In this document: positions 1 through 9,462 of the stretch, piece by piece
Layout of the letters: the number at the start of each line of letters is the position of its first letter
Numbering within the stretch: the stretch's first letter is position 1
Source of the DNA: an uncultured Nitrososphaerota archaeon
GTDB lineage: Archaea; Korarchaeota; Korarchaeia; Korarchaeales; Korarchaeaceae
Length of the DNA stretch: 36,217 nucleotides
Assembly (NCBI GenBank): GCA_964618805.1
Contig: CAZUBM010000020.1
Coordinates: 1-36,217, forward strand
Reading direction: 5' to 3'
Position numbers and translations under genes: made by a program
Notes under the pieces: model-generated
What the model saw: the letters and a program-made list of their open reading frames with translations, nothing else
Database searches by the model: none
Told to the model about the DNA's origin: nothing

Positions 1-723
1 AGGGAAGTAGTAGGCGTCAGGATTGGGCATAATGGTAAGCTTAGATTTGTCCTGAAGGTAAATGGTGTCGCTACGCATAGTTCAAAGCCAGAAACAGGTA
101 TAAATGCTATATATAGAGCTATAGACTTCATCAATGCCCTTAAGGAAATGTGGATGACCTCAAAGGAGATAGAGATTCCCTACATTTCTCCTCCTATGAA
201 GCTTAAACCTCCTTTGGCAGCAACCATTATGCAAGCGGGCAACAAGATAAACCAAATTCCGTCTATATGTACCATATATTTCGACAGGAGAATAGTTTAC
301 GGAGAGGACATAGAAGCAGTCAGAAGGAGGATTTGGAGCCTAATTGATAGGATCAATGAGGCTCACAAGAAAGTCTATGAGACCTTTTTATCGGAGTCTG
401 GCTATGAACTAAGTGTTGAAATCGAGGAGTATGGGATGAACAGACCAGCCTATATGCTTCCTATGGAGGATCCAAAAGGAAAGAAACTGTTTGATGCCGC
501 CTTCAAAGTTGTGAAAGAGGCCACAGGTGTCGAGAAACTCCCAGTAGTATATGGAACTGGCTACACCGATGCTGAGCTCCTTTATACTATGAGAGGGATA
601 CCAACCATCTTGATAGGAGCAGGAGAAATGGGCCATTGTCCAGATGAGTTCGCCACACTGGAAAGGCTGAGAGAGGCTTTTAGATCTTACATAGGATTAG
701 CTCTTGAGCTACTTGAGCAGTAA
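1..723 (+). CDS. M20 family metallopeptidase/deacylase (ArgE/DapE-like), 5' end outside window
   Basis: Frame is open from base 1: REVVGVRIGHNGKLRFVLKVNGVATHSSKPETGINAI (G-x-x-x-HSS-x-P-x-x-G-x-NAI motif), then NQIP, DRR, GYTDA and C-terminal GHCPDEF typical of M20. Confidence 0.85.
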   Translation, partial: REVVGVRIGHNGKLRFVLKVNGVATHSSKPETGINAIYRAIDFINALKEMWMTSKEIEIPYISPPMKLKPPLAATIMQAGNKINQIPSICTIYFDRRIVYGEDIEAVRRRIWSLIDRINEAHKKVYETFLSESGYELSVEIEEYGMNRPAYMLPMEDPKGKKLFDAAFKVVKEATGVEKLPVVYGTGYTDAELLYTMRGIPTILIGAGEMGHCPDEFATLERLREAFRSYIGLALELLEQ

Positions 724-743
724 AGGCCTTCTAAACATTTAAA

Positions 744-1527
744 TCACTTTAGCGTCATGTATCCTAGATAGATCATGACTCTCGTTGCTTTGTATGCCTC
801 AAGCATGTTTTCAGCAACATATCTCACCGTCAGAGGATCTATTCTCTCAGAGCCAGGTAAAATCTGTGCTAGGTCAGCCATTCCAGGATTAAGGAACTTA
901 AGCTTAATCTCCACAGGGGAAGGTACCTGAATCGCCTTAATTTCACCTTTTTTGAGGAGACTTACAGCCTTAAAAGCTCCTTCCTCTATTTTCTTTCTAG
1001 CTCTCTCTAGGGATGGACACTTAGCAACGTACCTCCCAATGGCTTCCTTAGTAACAATTCCAACAACTCCAGGGAACATCTCCTTAGCCTCTCCGACAGC
1101 AAACTGATCCCCAGAAATTAAGGCTACAGGAACTCCATAAAAATTAGAAACTAAACCGTTTAGTCCCGGTTCTCCAACAGATCTTCCGTTCACTTTGAGG
1201 TCCGCTACAACTCTTCCGGAGTAGGTATGACTCAAAACGCCAAAACCTCTTCAGAGAGGCCTTCCAACATGCTCATGGGCTTCGGCGACCCTATGATGAA
1301 CTCGGCATCTGGATGAAGCTCTTCAGGTAAGAGATTTCTCATAGTCCGTGAGAATCATTTACCACGACTTTTTCCGCTCCTGCTTTTAGCGCGCCTTCGA
1401 TGGCCGCATTAACCTCCCGAACCATCCACTTCCTAGCTCTATCATGCTCTCTTCCGCTTCTTCTCGTGTGTTCTACATCTACTACTCCACATATTCCCTC
1501 GAGATCCGCAGATAAATATATCCTCAT
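744..1527 (-). pseudogene. dppA: M55 family D-aminopeptidase (DppA-like), disrupted in three pieces
   Basis: N-terminal SADLEG and NDSHG motifs (1527-1345). Middle piece MRNLLPEELHPDAEFIIGSPKPMSMLEG lies in another frame (1342-1247). C-terminal GVLSHTYS...GEPGLN...ISGD...TKEAIG lies in the 744-1235 ORF frame. The conserved GYH segment is absent. GGAGGT SD precedes the start. Confidence 0.88.
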
Positions 1528-1745
1528 AACCTATACCTCCCAAGCTAAGAGAAGGAGAAACCTTTAAGTCAAAGCTCTTTGATGGAAGATGAATCTCACT
1601 TCTAAGTTTTAGCTTAGAAGCTTTGCCGGAAATCTTCAATTCCCGTCTGATAAATAGTGCCACAGATCTGTTCGATGAGAAGCTTCCATCATCAATCTTC
1701 CTTACAGCTTACAAAATTTTTAGAAAGAATTGACACTTTATTGCA

Positions 1746-2327
1746 ATGTCCCAAAGATACTACATGATTAGAGGGGAAAAGGTAGCTTTATCCATAGTAT
1801 CAAAGGACGACATACCTCTCTTTGTTACTTGGCTCAATGACCCAACTGTAACCGTATATCTCTCAATGAGGAGGGTTATCACTCCTGAAGGGGAGGAGGA
1901 GTGGATTGAGAGGATAAGGAAGGACCCACATTGCAGGCATTTCTCTATAGTAGCACTGCCCGAAGAAGAAGTAATAGGAGTTACAGGTCTTAATCGCATA
2001 GATCCCTATGATAGATCAGCTACCTTTGGAATCTTCATTGGTAAAAAAGATTACTGGGATAAAGGATATGGTACAGAAGCTACGATTCTAATGCTTGATT
2101 ACGCCTTCAACTGCTTGAACTTGCACCACGTCTGGCTCATTGTGAAGGATTTCAACAAAAGAGCGATAAAATGCTACAAGAAAGTAGGTTTTAAGGAGGT
2201 TGGTAGGTTAAGGGAAGCCATACTTCAACCGGATGGCAGGCACGACATCATCATAATGGATATGCTTGCAAAAGAATTCAACAAGGCCTACAAATCTAAA
2301 TTCAAGGAGATACAGGAAAGCGCATGA
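1746..2327 (+). CDS. GNAT N-acetyltransferase, RimJ/RimL family
   Basis: YWDKGYGTEA acetyl-CoA loop; NLHHVWL and NKRAIKCYKKVGFKEVGRLRE motifs. Confidence 0.9.
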   Translation: MSQRYYMIRGEKVALSIVSKDDIPLFVTWLNDPTVTVYLSMRRVITPEGEEEWIERIRKDPHCRHFSIVALPEEEVIGVTGLNRIDPYDRSATFGIFIGKKDYWDKGYGTEATILMLDYAFNCLNLHHVWLIVKDFNKRAIKCYKKVGFKEVGRLREAILQPDGRHDIIIMDMLAKEFNKAYKSKFKEIQESA

Positions 2328-2463
2328 TCTTAAGCTAGTTTGAAGCGATCTTTCCAGCACTACTTCTAAAAAGGATTTTAGTAGTCTAGCTCTAAAGCAT
2401 GTTTTCTAAGAGGAACTTCGGAGATCGATTAACTAGCTGTTTAACATTTGTAGGAAGATCTAT

Positions 2464-3399
2464 TTAGAATTCCAACTCTTTAGCAACACGAAAGAAGTGT
2501 CTAATCGCTATGATTCCTGGAAGCTGTGTATAAAAGAAGAGAAGGTCTGTCCAGGGAACTGTAATAATACGATATCCACTTAATCTAAGTGAATTCATTG
2601 CTTTGTATAGAAGCACCGAACCAATACCCTTCCCTCTCATCTCTTCGTCTACTCCGATGGGCCCAAACCAATTTGGCTCAAGCAGATTGTAACCAGAAAA
2701 ACCCACAACTCTTCCTTCATATTCAGCTAACCACACGCTTGTTGATTCCTTGGAAAAGCCTAAGCCTACCTCATAAGCCCAAAAAGGAGAAAATTTCTCT
2801 CCAACCCACACCATAATGGCCTTCTTCTCTTGAACAGAGGCTTTCCTAAATGATATGCCTTCTTGCTTAAGCTTTCTCTCCATCCTCACAATTCTCGGAG
2901 GGATATAAAAGCTCCTTAGGTCAATTTCATAGTTAACCGTATCACCGACCTTCTTAAAGCCAAAATCAATAAGACTATCCAGATAATAATCATAAAGCAC
3001 ATCCACTCCAGGGAAGAAATACCAACTAGCAAAGTCACCAAATCTTATGAGAGTTCTTCCGCTTTCTCGTGTGAGTTCCTCAAACCGGAGGCAAAGAGAT
3101 TTGAAAACCGAAGTATCTCTCTTCTCAGGAGGAATTGCAATGGCTTTGATCCAAGCCACTTCCTTTTGTTTTTCAATCATTTCTTCCGGAGCTCTTGTTC
3201 TCTTAACTCCTATTAGAACTCCTGTAAGTTCCCCATCTTCAATGGCAAGCAGGACAAGATTTGGGTCAAAGTTTGGGTCTCTTCTTACGACACGTTGATA
3301 TGTGTGGGAAGATATGAAGTCCCTTTCAAGCCCTTTGTTAAGGACTTCTACCATAATTCCTTCCCAGTATGGATCCTCTGCTAAACTCGATATCTTCAT
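2464..3399 (-). CDS. Tandem-domain GNAT acetyltransferase
   Basis: C-terminal FGPIGVDEEMRGKGIGSVLL motif A; the N-terminal half resembles a degenerate GNAT domain (LLAIEDGELTGV, AWIKAIAI). Confidence 0.8.
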   Translation of the reverse strand: MKISSLAEDPYWEGIMVEVLNKGLERDFISSHTYQRVVRRDPNFDPNLVLLAIEDGELTGVLIGVKRTRAPEEMIEKQKEVAWIKAIAIPPEKRDTSVFKSLCLRFEELTRESGRTLIRFGDFASWYFFPGVDVLYDYYLDSLIDFGFKKVGDTVNYEIDLRSFYIPPRIVRMERKLKQEGISFRKASVQEKKAIMVWVGEKFSPFWAYEVGLGFSKESTSVWLAEYEGRVVGFSGYNLLEPNWFGPIGVDEEMRGKGIGSVLLYKAMNSLRLSGYRIITVPWTDLLFFYTQLPGIIAIRHFFRVAKELEF

Positions 3400-3574
3400 A
3401 GCACTTCCCTACATCATTTCGGTTGTAAATCTTATAAGATGGTAAACAAAGGTATGTGGTTCTGTTTACACAAGATATCAGGACTAGTAGGTTCTCTTCA
3501 TTAAGTCAAAGGTGCTATTCAATAGCTCTCTATTCAAAACCGTTAAAATTAGGATAAAATGAAGAACATTTAGG

Positions 3575-4510
3575 ATGAATGCCGTAGTCGTCGAAAAAAT
3601 TACCAAGAAATATGGAGATGTAACAGCATTAGATGATGTAAGCCTTAGTGTTAGGGAAGGAGAAATATTTGGCCTACTTGGACCTAATGGTGCTGGTAAG
3701 ACCACTCTAATGGAGATCATCGTAGGGCTTAGGAGACCCGATTCAGGAAAAGTGATTTTGCTAGGAACAGACTTTACAAAAAAACCCAATGAAATAGGAC
3801 ACATTATAGGCTTTAACCCTCAAGAGACTATGCTATATGATAATCTAACTGTTTTGGAGAATTTAGAGTTCATAGCTTCGCTTTACTCCTTCTCAAGAGA
3901 GAAATTCGAAGAAAGGCTTAGAATCTTATCAGAAATGTTCGAACTAAGTAATTTCCTAAAAAGAAGAACTGGAAAGCTTTCTGGAGGTCAAAAAAGGAGG
4001 GTTAGCTTAGCTGCATCGCTTTTGCATGACCCTCCTGTGGTCGTGTTGGATGAACCCACAGTAGGCTTGGATCCAGATGCAAGAAGGGAGTTCTGGAAGT
4101 TCATAGAGGATATGAAAAAGGAGGGTAAAACAATCCTACTCAGTACGCACTACATGGAAGAAGCTGACGAGCTTTGTGATAGGGTCGCGATAATGGACTT
4201 GGGCAAGATAATAATCATAGGTTCTCCTGATGAACTGAAACGATTGCACGGGGGTTCTGCAAAGATAGCAATCCATGTGAAGATGAGATTCTTGGAACTC
4301 GCGGAGAAAGTCCTATTCGACTACGCTCCGACCAGGGTTTTGGAATGGTTAGAAATAAGAACTGAGAAGCCTGAAGAATTAGTTCCAGATCTCATAGCAA
4401 AACTTCAATCTGCGGGAATAGATCCAGAAAACGTCGAAATAAGATCACCAACTCTGGAGGACGTATTTCTTAACCTTACTGGAAGGAGGTTGATGGAGGC
4501 GATTAGATGA
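3575..4510 (+). CDS. ABC transporter ATP-binding protein (ABC-2/DrrA-like)
   Basis: Walker A GPNGAGKTT, signature LSGGQ, Walker B VVVLDEP, STHYMEEA, C-terminal PTLEDVFL. Confidence 0.95.
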   Translation: MNAVVVEKITKKYGDVTALDDVSLSVREGEIFGLLGPNGAGKTTLMEIIVGLRRPDSGKVILLGTDFTKKPNEIGHIIGFNPQETMLYDNLTVLENLEFIASLYSFSREKFEERLRILSEMFELSNFLKRRTGKLSGGQKRRVSLAASLLHDPPVVVLDEPTVGLDPDARREFWKFIEDMKKEGKTILLSTHYMEEADELCDRVAIMDLGKIIIIGSPDELKRLHGGSAKIAIHVKMRFLELAEKVLFDYAPTRVLEWLEIRTEKPEELVPDLIAKLQSAGIDPENVEIRSPTLEDVFLNLTGRRLMEAIR

Positions 4511-5727
4511 GACCTTGTTTTGGCATAGCAAAAAAGGACTTCTTATTGTTTGTCAGGGATAGAGCTACCCTGTTCTGGGTGCTAGCTTTTCCTATAGTAA
4601 TGATGCTCCTTTTCTCGACGGTATTCGGTGCAGAAGGCGCTAGATTTGACATCGCTTGCGTTAACAGGGATAAAGGACAAATTGCTAGCGCCATAATAGA
4701 GGCTCTTAACTCAACAGATGTAGTACACCTTCATGTTATAGAATCTGAGGAGGAAGCATTCAGAGCTGTCAAGGCTGGAGAAAATGATTTGGTTGGACTT
4801 CTTGTGATACCAGAAGGGTTTACGCAGAACTTAACCTCGGGCCTCGCTGGAGACTTAGAATTCTACGTGAGGGAAGAGGATCCGACAGTTCAGCAAACTC
4901 TCACATCCTTCATGTCTGGCTTTGTTGAGGAGTTCAACACGAAATTTAGGCACGAGATTCTGGAGAGAATCCTAGAATTTTTGCCAGAAAACCTGAGTTT
5001 TGGAGGATATGTCATGAACAAGGAAGAAATGGGAGAAAGGATGATGGCTTTCGCAAGACCGATAAACGTCACGATTGCTTTGATCTCTAAACCCCAAGTA
5101 ACATCAGGCACCGCAGCGTATTGGGAAAACAAGGGTCAATGGGTTACAACAATGCTTGTCTACTCCTTCTTATTCTCGGGCATGGTATCCTCGACCTGGA
5201 CATTGGTTGAAGAAAAGGAAAATAAGACGTTAAAGAGGCTGAGGATTTCTACCGCATCAACGTGGAGCCTGCTTCTCGGAAAAATTCTCTCCGCGCTGGT
5301 AGCACTTTCTTTCTCACAGCTGGTCCTTGTTATGACGACCATATTTGTGCTCAGACCAGAAGTGAACTGGAATCCAGCTCTATTTCCACTTATACTGATG
5401 GGCGATATGAGCGGAGTAAGTCTAGGTCTACTGATTGCTGAAATATCTCCAAGCCCCAGAGCTGCTGGACAGGCAGCTACCGTAATAGGAGTTCTTCTAC
5501 AGTTCTTTATAGGAATATATTTCCCAGTTCAGTTCCTCCCAGGTGCTCTAAGGGCTTTTTCAGAGCTTCTACCCTTTACGAAGGCAGCTGAAGCTTTGAG
5601 CGGTGTGTTACTAGGAGGGGCAAGCCTCTCACAGGTAATCGGACCATCAATATACCTTGGAGTCTCTGCCATTGCTTTTACAACGCTGGCAGTGATGTTG
5701 TTCCCGAAATGGGCCTCAGAAGAATGA
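4507..5727 (+). CDS. ABC-2 type transporter permease
   Basis: One N-terminal TM, large extracellular loop, EEKENKTLKRL motif, about five C-terminal TMs; ATGA overlap with the ATPase gene. Confidence 0.92.
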   Translation: MRPCFGIAKKDFLLFVRDRATLFWVLAFPIVMMLLFSTVFGAEGARFDIACVNRDKGQIASAIIEALNSTDVVHLHVIESEEEAFRAVKAGENDLVGLLVIPEGFTQNLTSGLAGDLEFYVREEDPTVQQTLTSFMSGFVEEFNTKFRHEILERILEFLPENLSFGGYVMNKEEMGERMMAFARPINVTIALISKPQVTSGTAAYWENKGQWVTTMLVYSFLFSGMVSSTWTLVEEKENKTLKRLRISTASTWSLLLGKILSALVALSFSQLVLVMTTIFVLRPEVNWNPALFPLILMGDMSGVSLGLLIAEISPSPRAAGQAATVIGVLLQFFIGIYFPVQFLPGALRAFSELLPFTKAAEALSGVLLGGASLSQVIGPSIYLGVSAIAFTTLAVMLFPKWASEE

Positions 5728-5800
5728 ATTAAATTGAGTCGATTAGGTTTGATCCAATCTGGGATGGTCCTTTAAACTCCCGTCTAAAACGATTAGCAAA

Positions 5801-5832
5801 GGGGTATTCGTACCCTAATGCTCTCTCTTTTT
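5801..5832 (+). terminator. Short hairpin with TTCG loop followed by pyrimidine/T tract, downstream of the ABC operon
   Basis: GGGTA-TTCG-TACCC at 5802-5815, then ctctctcttttt. Confidence 0.35.
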
Positions 5833-5868
5833 ATTTAGAGTCGGAATAATCCAAATGGTTGCCTTAAT

Positions 5869-6768
5869 ATGCAAGGCAGAGAACTTGTGCTTATCTTTCT
5901 AGCGTTGCTCCTAATGCTCATCTCACTGTCCCAAGCAAAATGTCAGGAGATATCTTATCTTTCCATCTCAATCAAAATGATATCCCCCGAAGAAGTGGAG
6001 GAGGTCGTCGAGTTCTCAGCTGAAATAGGCAATAGCTCTTCCATAATTTTCCCCATTTCTTATTATGTTAGCGATCTTCAAGCAGAAGTATATTATGACG
6101 AGGAATCTTTTCCGTTAAAAGTCAGGCTAGAGAACGTTAGAGGCAAGAACTTCATAGTTCTAACCACCAAAAACATCCCGGGTAAAGGGGGAGTTATGAA
6201 AATCAAACTGGTTTTCCGGGCAAGAGGGATGATAGAGAGGGCTTCGGATAAGTACATATTCTCCTAGTCCTTCTCGGTCCCATACGATGTTGGCGACATG
6301 ACTGTAAGCGTGGTGCTTCCCAGCAAGTTTTCCATATTCTCACCAATATATCCTTCTCCAGAAACCATATCTGCTGTTGGAAAGGAGGTAGTTGTAGTCT
6401 GGTCATACGGCCCTGTGAAGGCAAAACAGGAGAAATTCCTCATACTTGGATTTAGGGAAAACTACAGCAGGTTCTTCTGGGTTCCATATGCTGTCTTAAG
6501 CCTAATTGCATCGTTCATAGCTGGGCTGTTTGTTGGAAGGAAGGTCTCAAAGCCTTCAAAGCCCGGAGTACTAGCTGATGAGGAAAGGATACTCCAGGTT
6601 CTGAGGAACAGAAAGACCGTTACTCAGGCAGAGTTAGTTCAAATTTTGGGTTTTTCGAAGGCAAAATTAAGCAAACTCCTTAATCAAATGGAAAAGGAGG
6701 GCCTCATTAGGCGAGAAAAATACAAGAAAACCTTCATAATCAGCTTGCCAGACAGAGAACACACTTAA
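5869..6768 (+). pseudogene. Membrane-anchored winged-helix regulator (signal peptide, extracellular domain, TM, C-terminal wHTH) interrupted by an in-frame TAG
   Basis: ORFs 5869-6267 and 6298-6768 share a frame, separated only by TAG 6265-6267 (DKYIFS*SFSVPYDVGDMTV). N-terminal hydrophobic signal; TM WVPYAVLSLIASFIAGLFVG; HTH VTQAELVQILGFSKAKLSKLLNQMEKEGLIRREK. Confidence 0.75.
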
Positions 6769-6913
6769 GGTTCTAAACAATAATAAACGGTGTTGAACGT
6801 TTTTTCTTCCAGATACCTCCTAATTTCAGAGATTGCGGTTGAAAAAGAAAAGAAACAGTATGTTCCAACGGAAACCCATATTTAGCCTTGGCTGTGATAA
6901 GTTTCGGTGAAAA

Positions 6914-8137
6914 ATGGAAGGAAGAATGATGAAAATTGGGGTGGCGTTACTACTAATCCTGCTTCTGGCTTTCCCTTTGCCCATTATAAGGACAACAGCT
7001 TCCTCTGAGAACATTGTGATATTGGTGAGCGATAACTCTGCTGACTTGGCCGTTGCAATCTCTTTGGCGATCTCAATCAACGCAACTGTTGTCATTTCAC
7101 CTTGGGGGCTTTTCAACGAGACAGTCGTCGCAAAAATAGTTGGAGAGCTTCCTGATAAAGTAATAATAATTGGAGGACCAGTAGCAGTCCCCGAAAGCTA
7201 TGTAGAGACTCTAGAGGGATTGAGCATACCTGTTGAAAGGATAGGCGGAGCCGACAGGTTCGAGACGAATCAGCTTGTGATCGAGTGGATTTTGTCAAAC
7301 AACATCGAGATTAAACTGGACAAAGTTGTCCTAATACACGGACTGGACTTCGTGGCACTTGAAGAAATTTTGGGATCTGTCATAAGTGGAGAATGTATGG
7401 TGCTGCTGGTAAATGACGAGTACGAGAACATGGTTAACATAACCAGACTCATAGAGGAGATGGCTCCACCCGAGGTGGAAGTCATAAACACCACCCTGGT
7501 CAACGTAACTTGTATTCAAGCATTTCTCCAAGCAAACATTACGGTACCTGCGGAGGTCATAGTATCTCACAATCTTTCCTCTATGAAAGAAAGGGCAATC
7601 AAGGCGATTGAAAGGGTTAAGAAGGAGCTAGAAAGAGTAATAGAGTTAGCTAACGATCTAATTGAAGTGGATGAGGAAATTTCTCAGGATATCCAAACGG
7701 TTATAGCCCTGCTAGACGAAGCTATTGAGAATATCAACAATGATGAGTACGAAAAGGCTTACGAAAACCTGCTAGAAGCAATGTATCTGTTACAGGAGAT
7801 AGTTCACAAGGTAAGCTTGATGATCTCTACAGGACAAATCGATTTGAGTTCTCTATTAGAACAGAAGCTAGAACTATATCTAGAGATGTTGGATGAATTC
7901 CAATCAAAAGGAGCTGATGTAAGCGAAGCGATTACAATTGCTAACGAGGTACAGCAACTCATCGAAAACAAGGAGTATGATAAGGCTAGAGAACTTATCG
8001 ATCAACTTAGGGAAACTATCTCCGAGAACATGCAGGAAATAAAAGAAGTGAAAGGATTCAAGCCACCAAAGATTCCAGTGATATATCCAGTGATACCAAT
8101 TCCTGGAGGAATGCCTTGGAAGCCTCCTAAGGGATGA
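6914..8137 (+). CDS. Secreted/surface protein with cell-wall-binding-repeat-2-like domain and helical C-terminal region
   Basis: Signal peptide; ILVSDNSAD, VIIIGGPVAVP and ERIGGADRFET motifs; acidic helical C-half; Pro-rich tail. Confidence 0.8.
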   Translation: MEGRMMKIGVALLLILLLAFPLPIIRTTASSENIVILVSDNSADLAVAISLAISINATVVISPWGLFNETVVAKIVGELPDKVIIIGGPVAVPESYVETLEGLSIPVERIGGADRFETNQLVIEWILSNNIEIKLDKVVLIHGLDFVALEEILGSVISGECMVLLVNDEYENMVNITRLIEEMAPPEVEVINTTLVNVTCIQAFLQANITVPAEVIVSHNLSSMKERAIKAIERVKKELERVIELANDLIEVDEEISQDIQTVIALLDEAIENINNDEYEKAYENLLEAMYLLQEIVHKVSLMISTGQIDLSSLLEQKLELYLEMLDEFQSKGADVSEAITIANEVQQLIENKEYDKARELIDQLRETISENMQEIKEVKGFKPPKIPVIYPVIPIPGGMPWKPPKG

Positions 8138-8172
8138 ATTACCTCTCCTTTCTTTTTTGTCAATCAGAATGC

Positions 8173-9462
8173 TCATTTGATTTCATTGCGTATTGTCCTA
8201 CGCTTCCAGCCCCATCTTATCCTTGCAGTTAAGATCTTTTCAGAGGAAAATATCCTGTCCGCTAATAACATTGAAGCGGCAGACCAAACAAACAAATAAA
8301 GCACATTTACAGCGTACATTGCGTACTCTCCCCAAGTTATGTGCTGCGTGGCAAGAGCTAAGTGGGTAAATGGCACTGCTATCAAAACATACTTCGCCGC
8401 TACAGGAAGGGTTTCTATGTCTGCAAACATCAGCATAAAAGCCGGTATGAATATCAGAATGTAAAGATTTCCTACCAAAGCCTGTGCGGACCTAACGTTC
8501 TCTGCAAACACAGCCAAAATTATTGCTAGCGTAAGGGCAAGCATGTTAGCTGCCATGAGAGCAACTGCCAGTAGAGCGAGATCTTTGGAAGAGATCGTAA
8601 CCAATCCCTCAAATGGTTGGGACTCGAATGCAACGTTCATCATTTTCAAGTAATACCATAGCCCAGCCATGACCCCAACACTCCCTAAACTGGCCACGAA
8701 GGCAGATCCCACAAGTTTTGCTAGAAGAATGTTCCTTCTACTTGCCGGAAGAGTGAGCAGAGTCTCTAAAGTTCTCTCTTCCTTCTCAACAGCTACAGAG
8801 GTTGCAGCTATTTGCATAGCAAACATCAGGACGAGCATGGCCACTATGGGTGTGGTCGTCATCTGACCCATTAGGGCTCCAGCTAAAGCCTGAGGTGGCA
8901 CGTCTAGAACCTCTCCTCTAAACACAGAGCTATAATCAAGCTCCAATGGGTTTAGAATTACTTCAGGATCTATATCTGAAGTTAACGAGACAAGATAAGC
9001 TGATATTATCTTTGAAGCGGACTCAATTGCACTCTCAAGTCTTCCTGCAAACATTTGTGTCGAAAACCCGCCGCTTTCGAAGAAAACATGGATTTCTATG
9101 GGACTTCGTTTACCAGCTCTAAGGCATTCCCCAAATCCTTCAGGTATCACGACAAGAGCTCCAGCCTCCATTTCTAAGGCCTTGTCTAGAGCTTTATCAG
9201 ACTCAACCTCTAGTGTAATGACCTCTCCGCTCTCTGAAAGAGATGAAACTATAATCTCCGACTCAAAACTCCTGTCCAGGTCGAGGACTGCCACTGGCAA
9301 TTGAAGGGCAGCTCTTCCAGCTGCAGTCATAGACGCCCTCATGGCAGCTCCCATTACAGGATAAAGTACTGCTGGCAACACTATCATTCCTATCAGGATC
9401 TTTGGATCCCTAAGAAGATCCAGAATTTCCTTCTTTAAGAGTGGAGCAAGCACCTTAGGCAA
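8173..9462 (-). CDS. ABC-2 permease, NatB-like
   Basis: KEILDLLRD start, AVEKEERTLETLLTLP motif, multiple TMs; overlaps the ATPase stop. Confidence 0.88.
   Translation of the reverse strand: MPKVLAPLLKKEILDLLRDPKILIGMIVLPAVLYPVMGAAMRASMTAAGRAALQLPVAVLDLDRSFESEIIVSSLSESGEVITLEVESDKALDKALEMEAGALVVIPEGFGECLRAGKRSPIEIHVFFESGGFSTQMFAGRLESAIESASKIISAYLVSLTSDIDPEVILNPLELDYSSVFRGEVLDVPPQALAGALMGQMTTTPIVAMLVLMFAMQIAATSVAVEKEERTLETLLTLPASRRNILLAKLVGSAFVASLGSVGVMAGLWYYLKMMNVAFESQPFEGLVTISSKDLALLAVALMAANMLALTLAIILAVFAENVRSAQALVGNLYILIFIPAFMLMFADIETLPVAAKYVLIAVPFTHLALATQHITWGEYAMYAVNVLYLFVWSAASMLLADRIFSSEKILTARIRWGWKRRTIRNEIK

Noticed and set aside
6862-6875. GTTCCAACGGAAAC resembles the archaeal ORB core GTTCCAGTGGAAAC
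   Set aside because: Single copy, two mismatches, no G-string, no cdc6/orc1 in the window; its position next to a TATA-like box fits an operator better.
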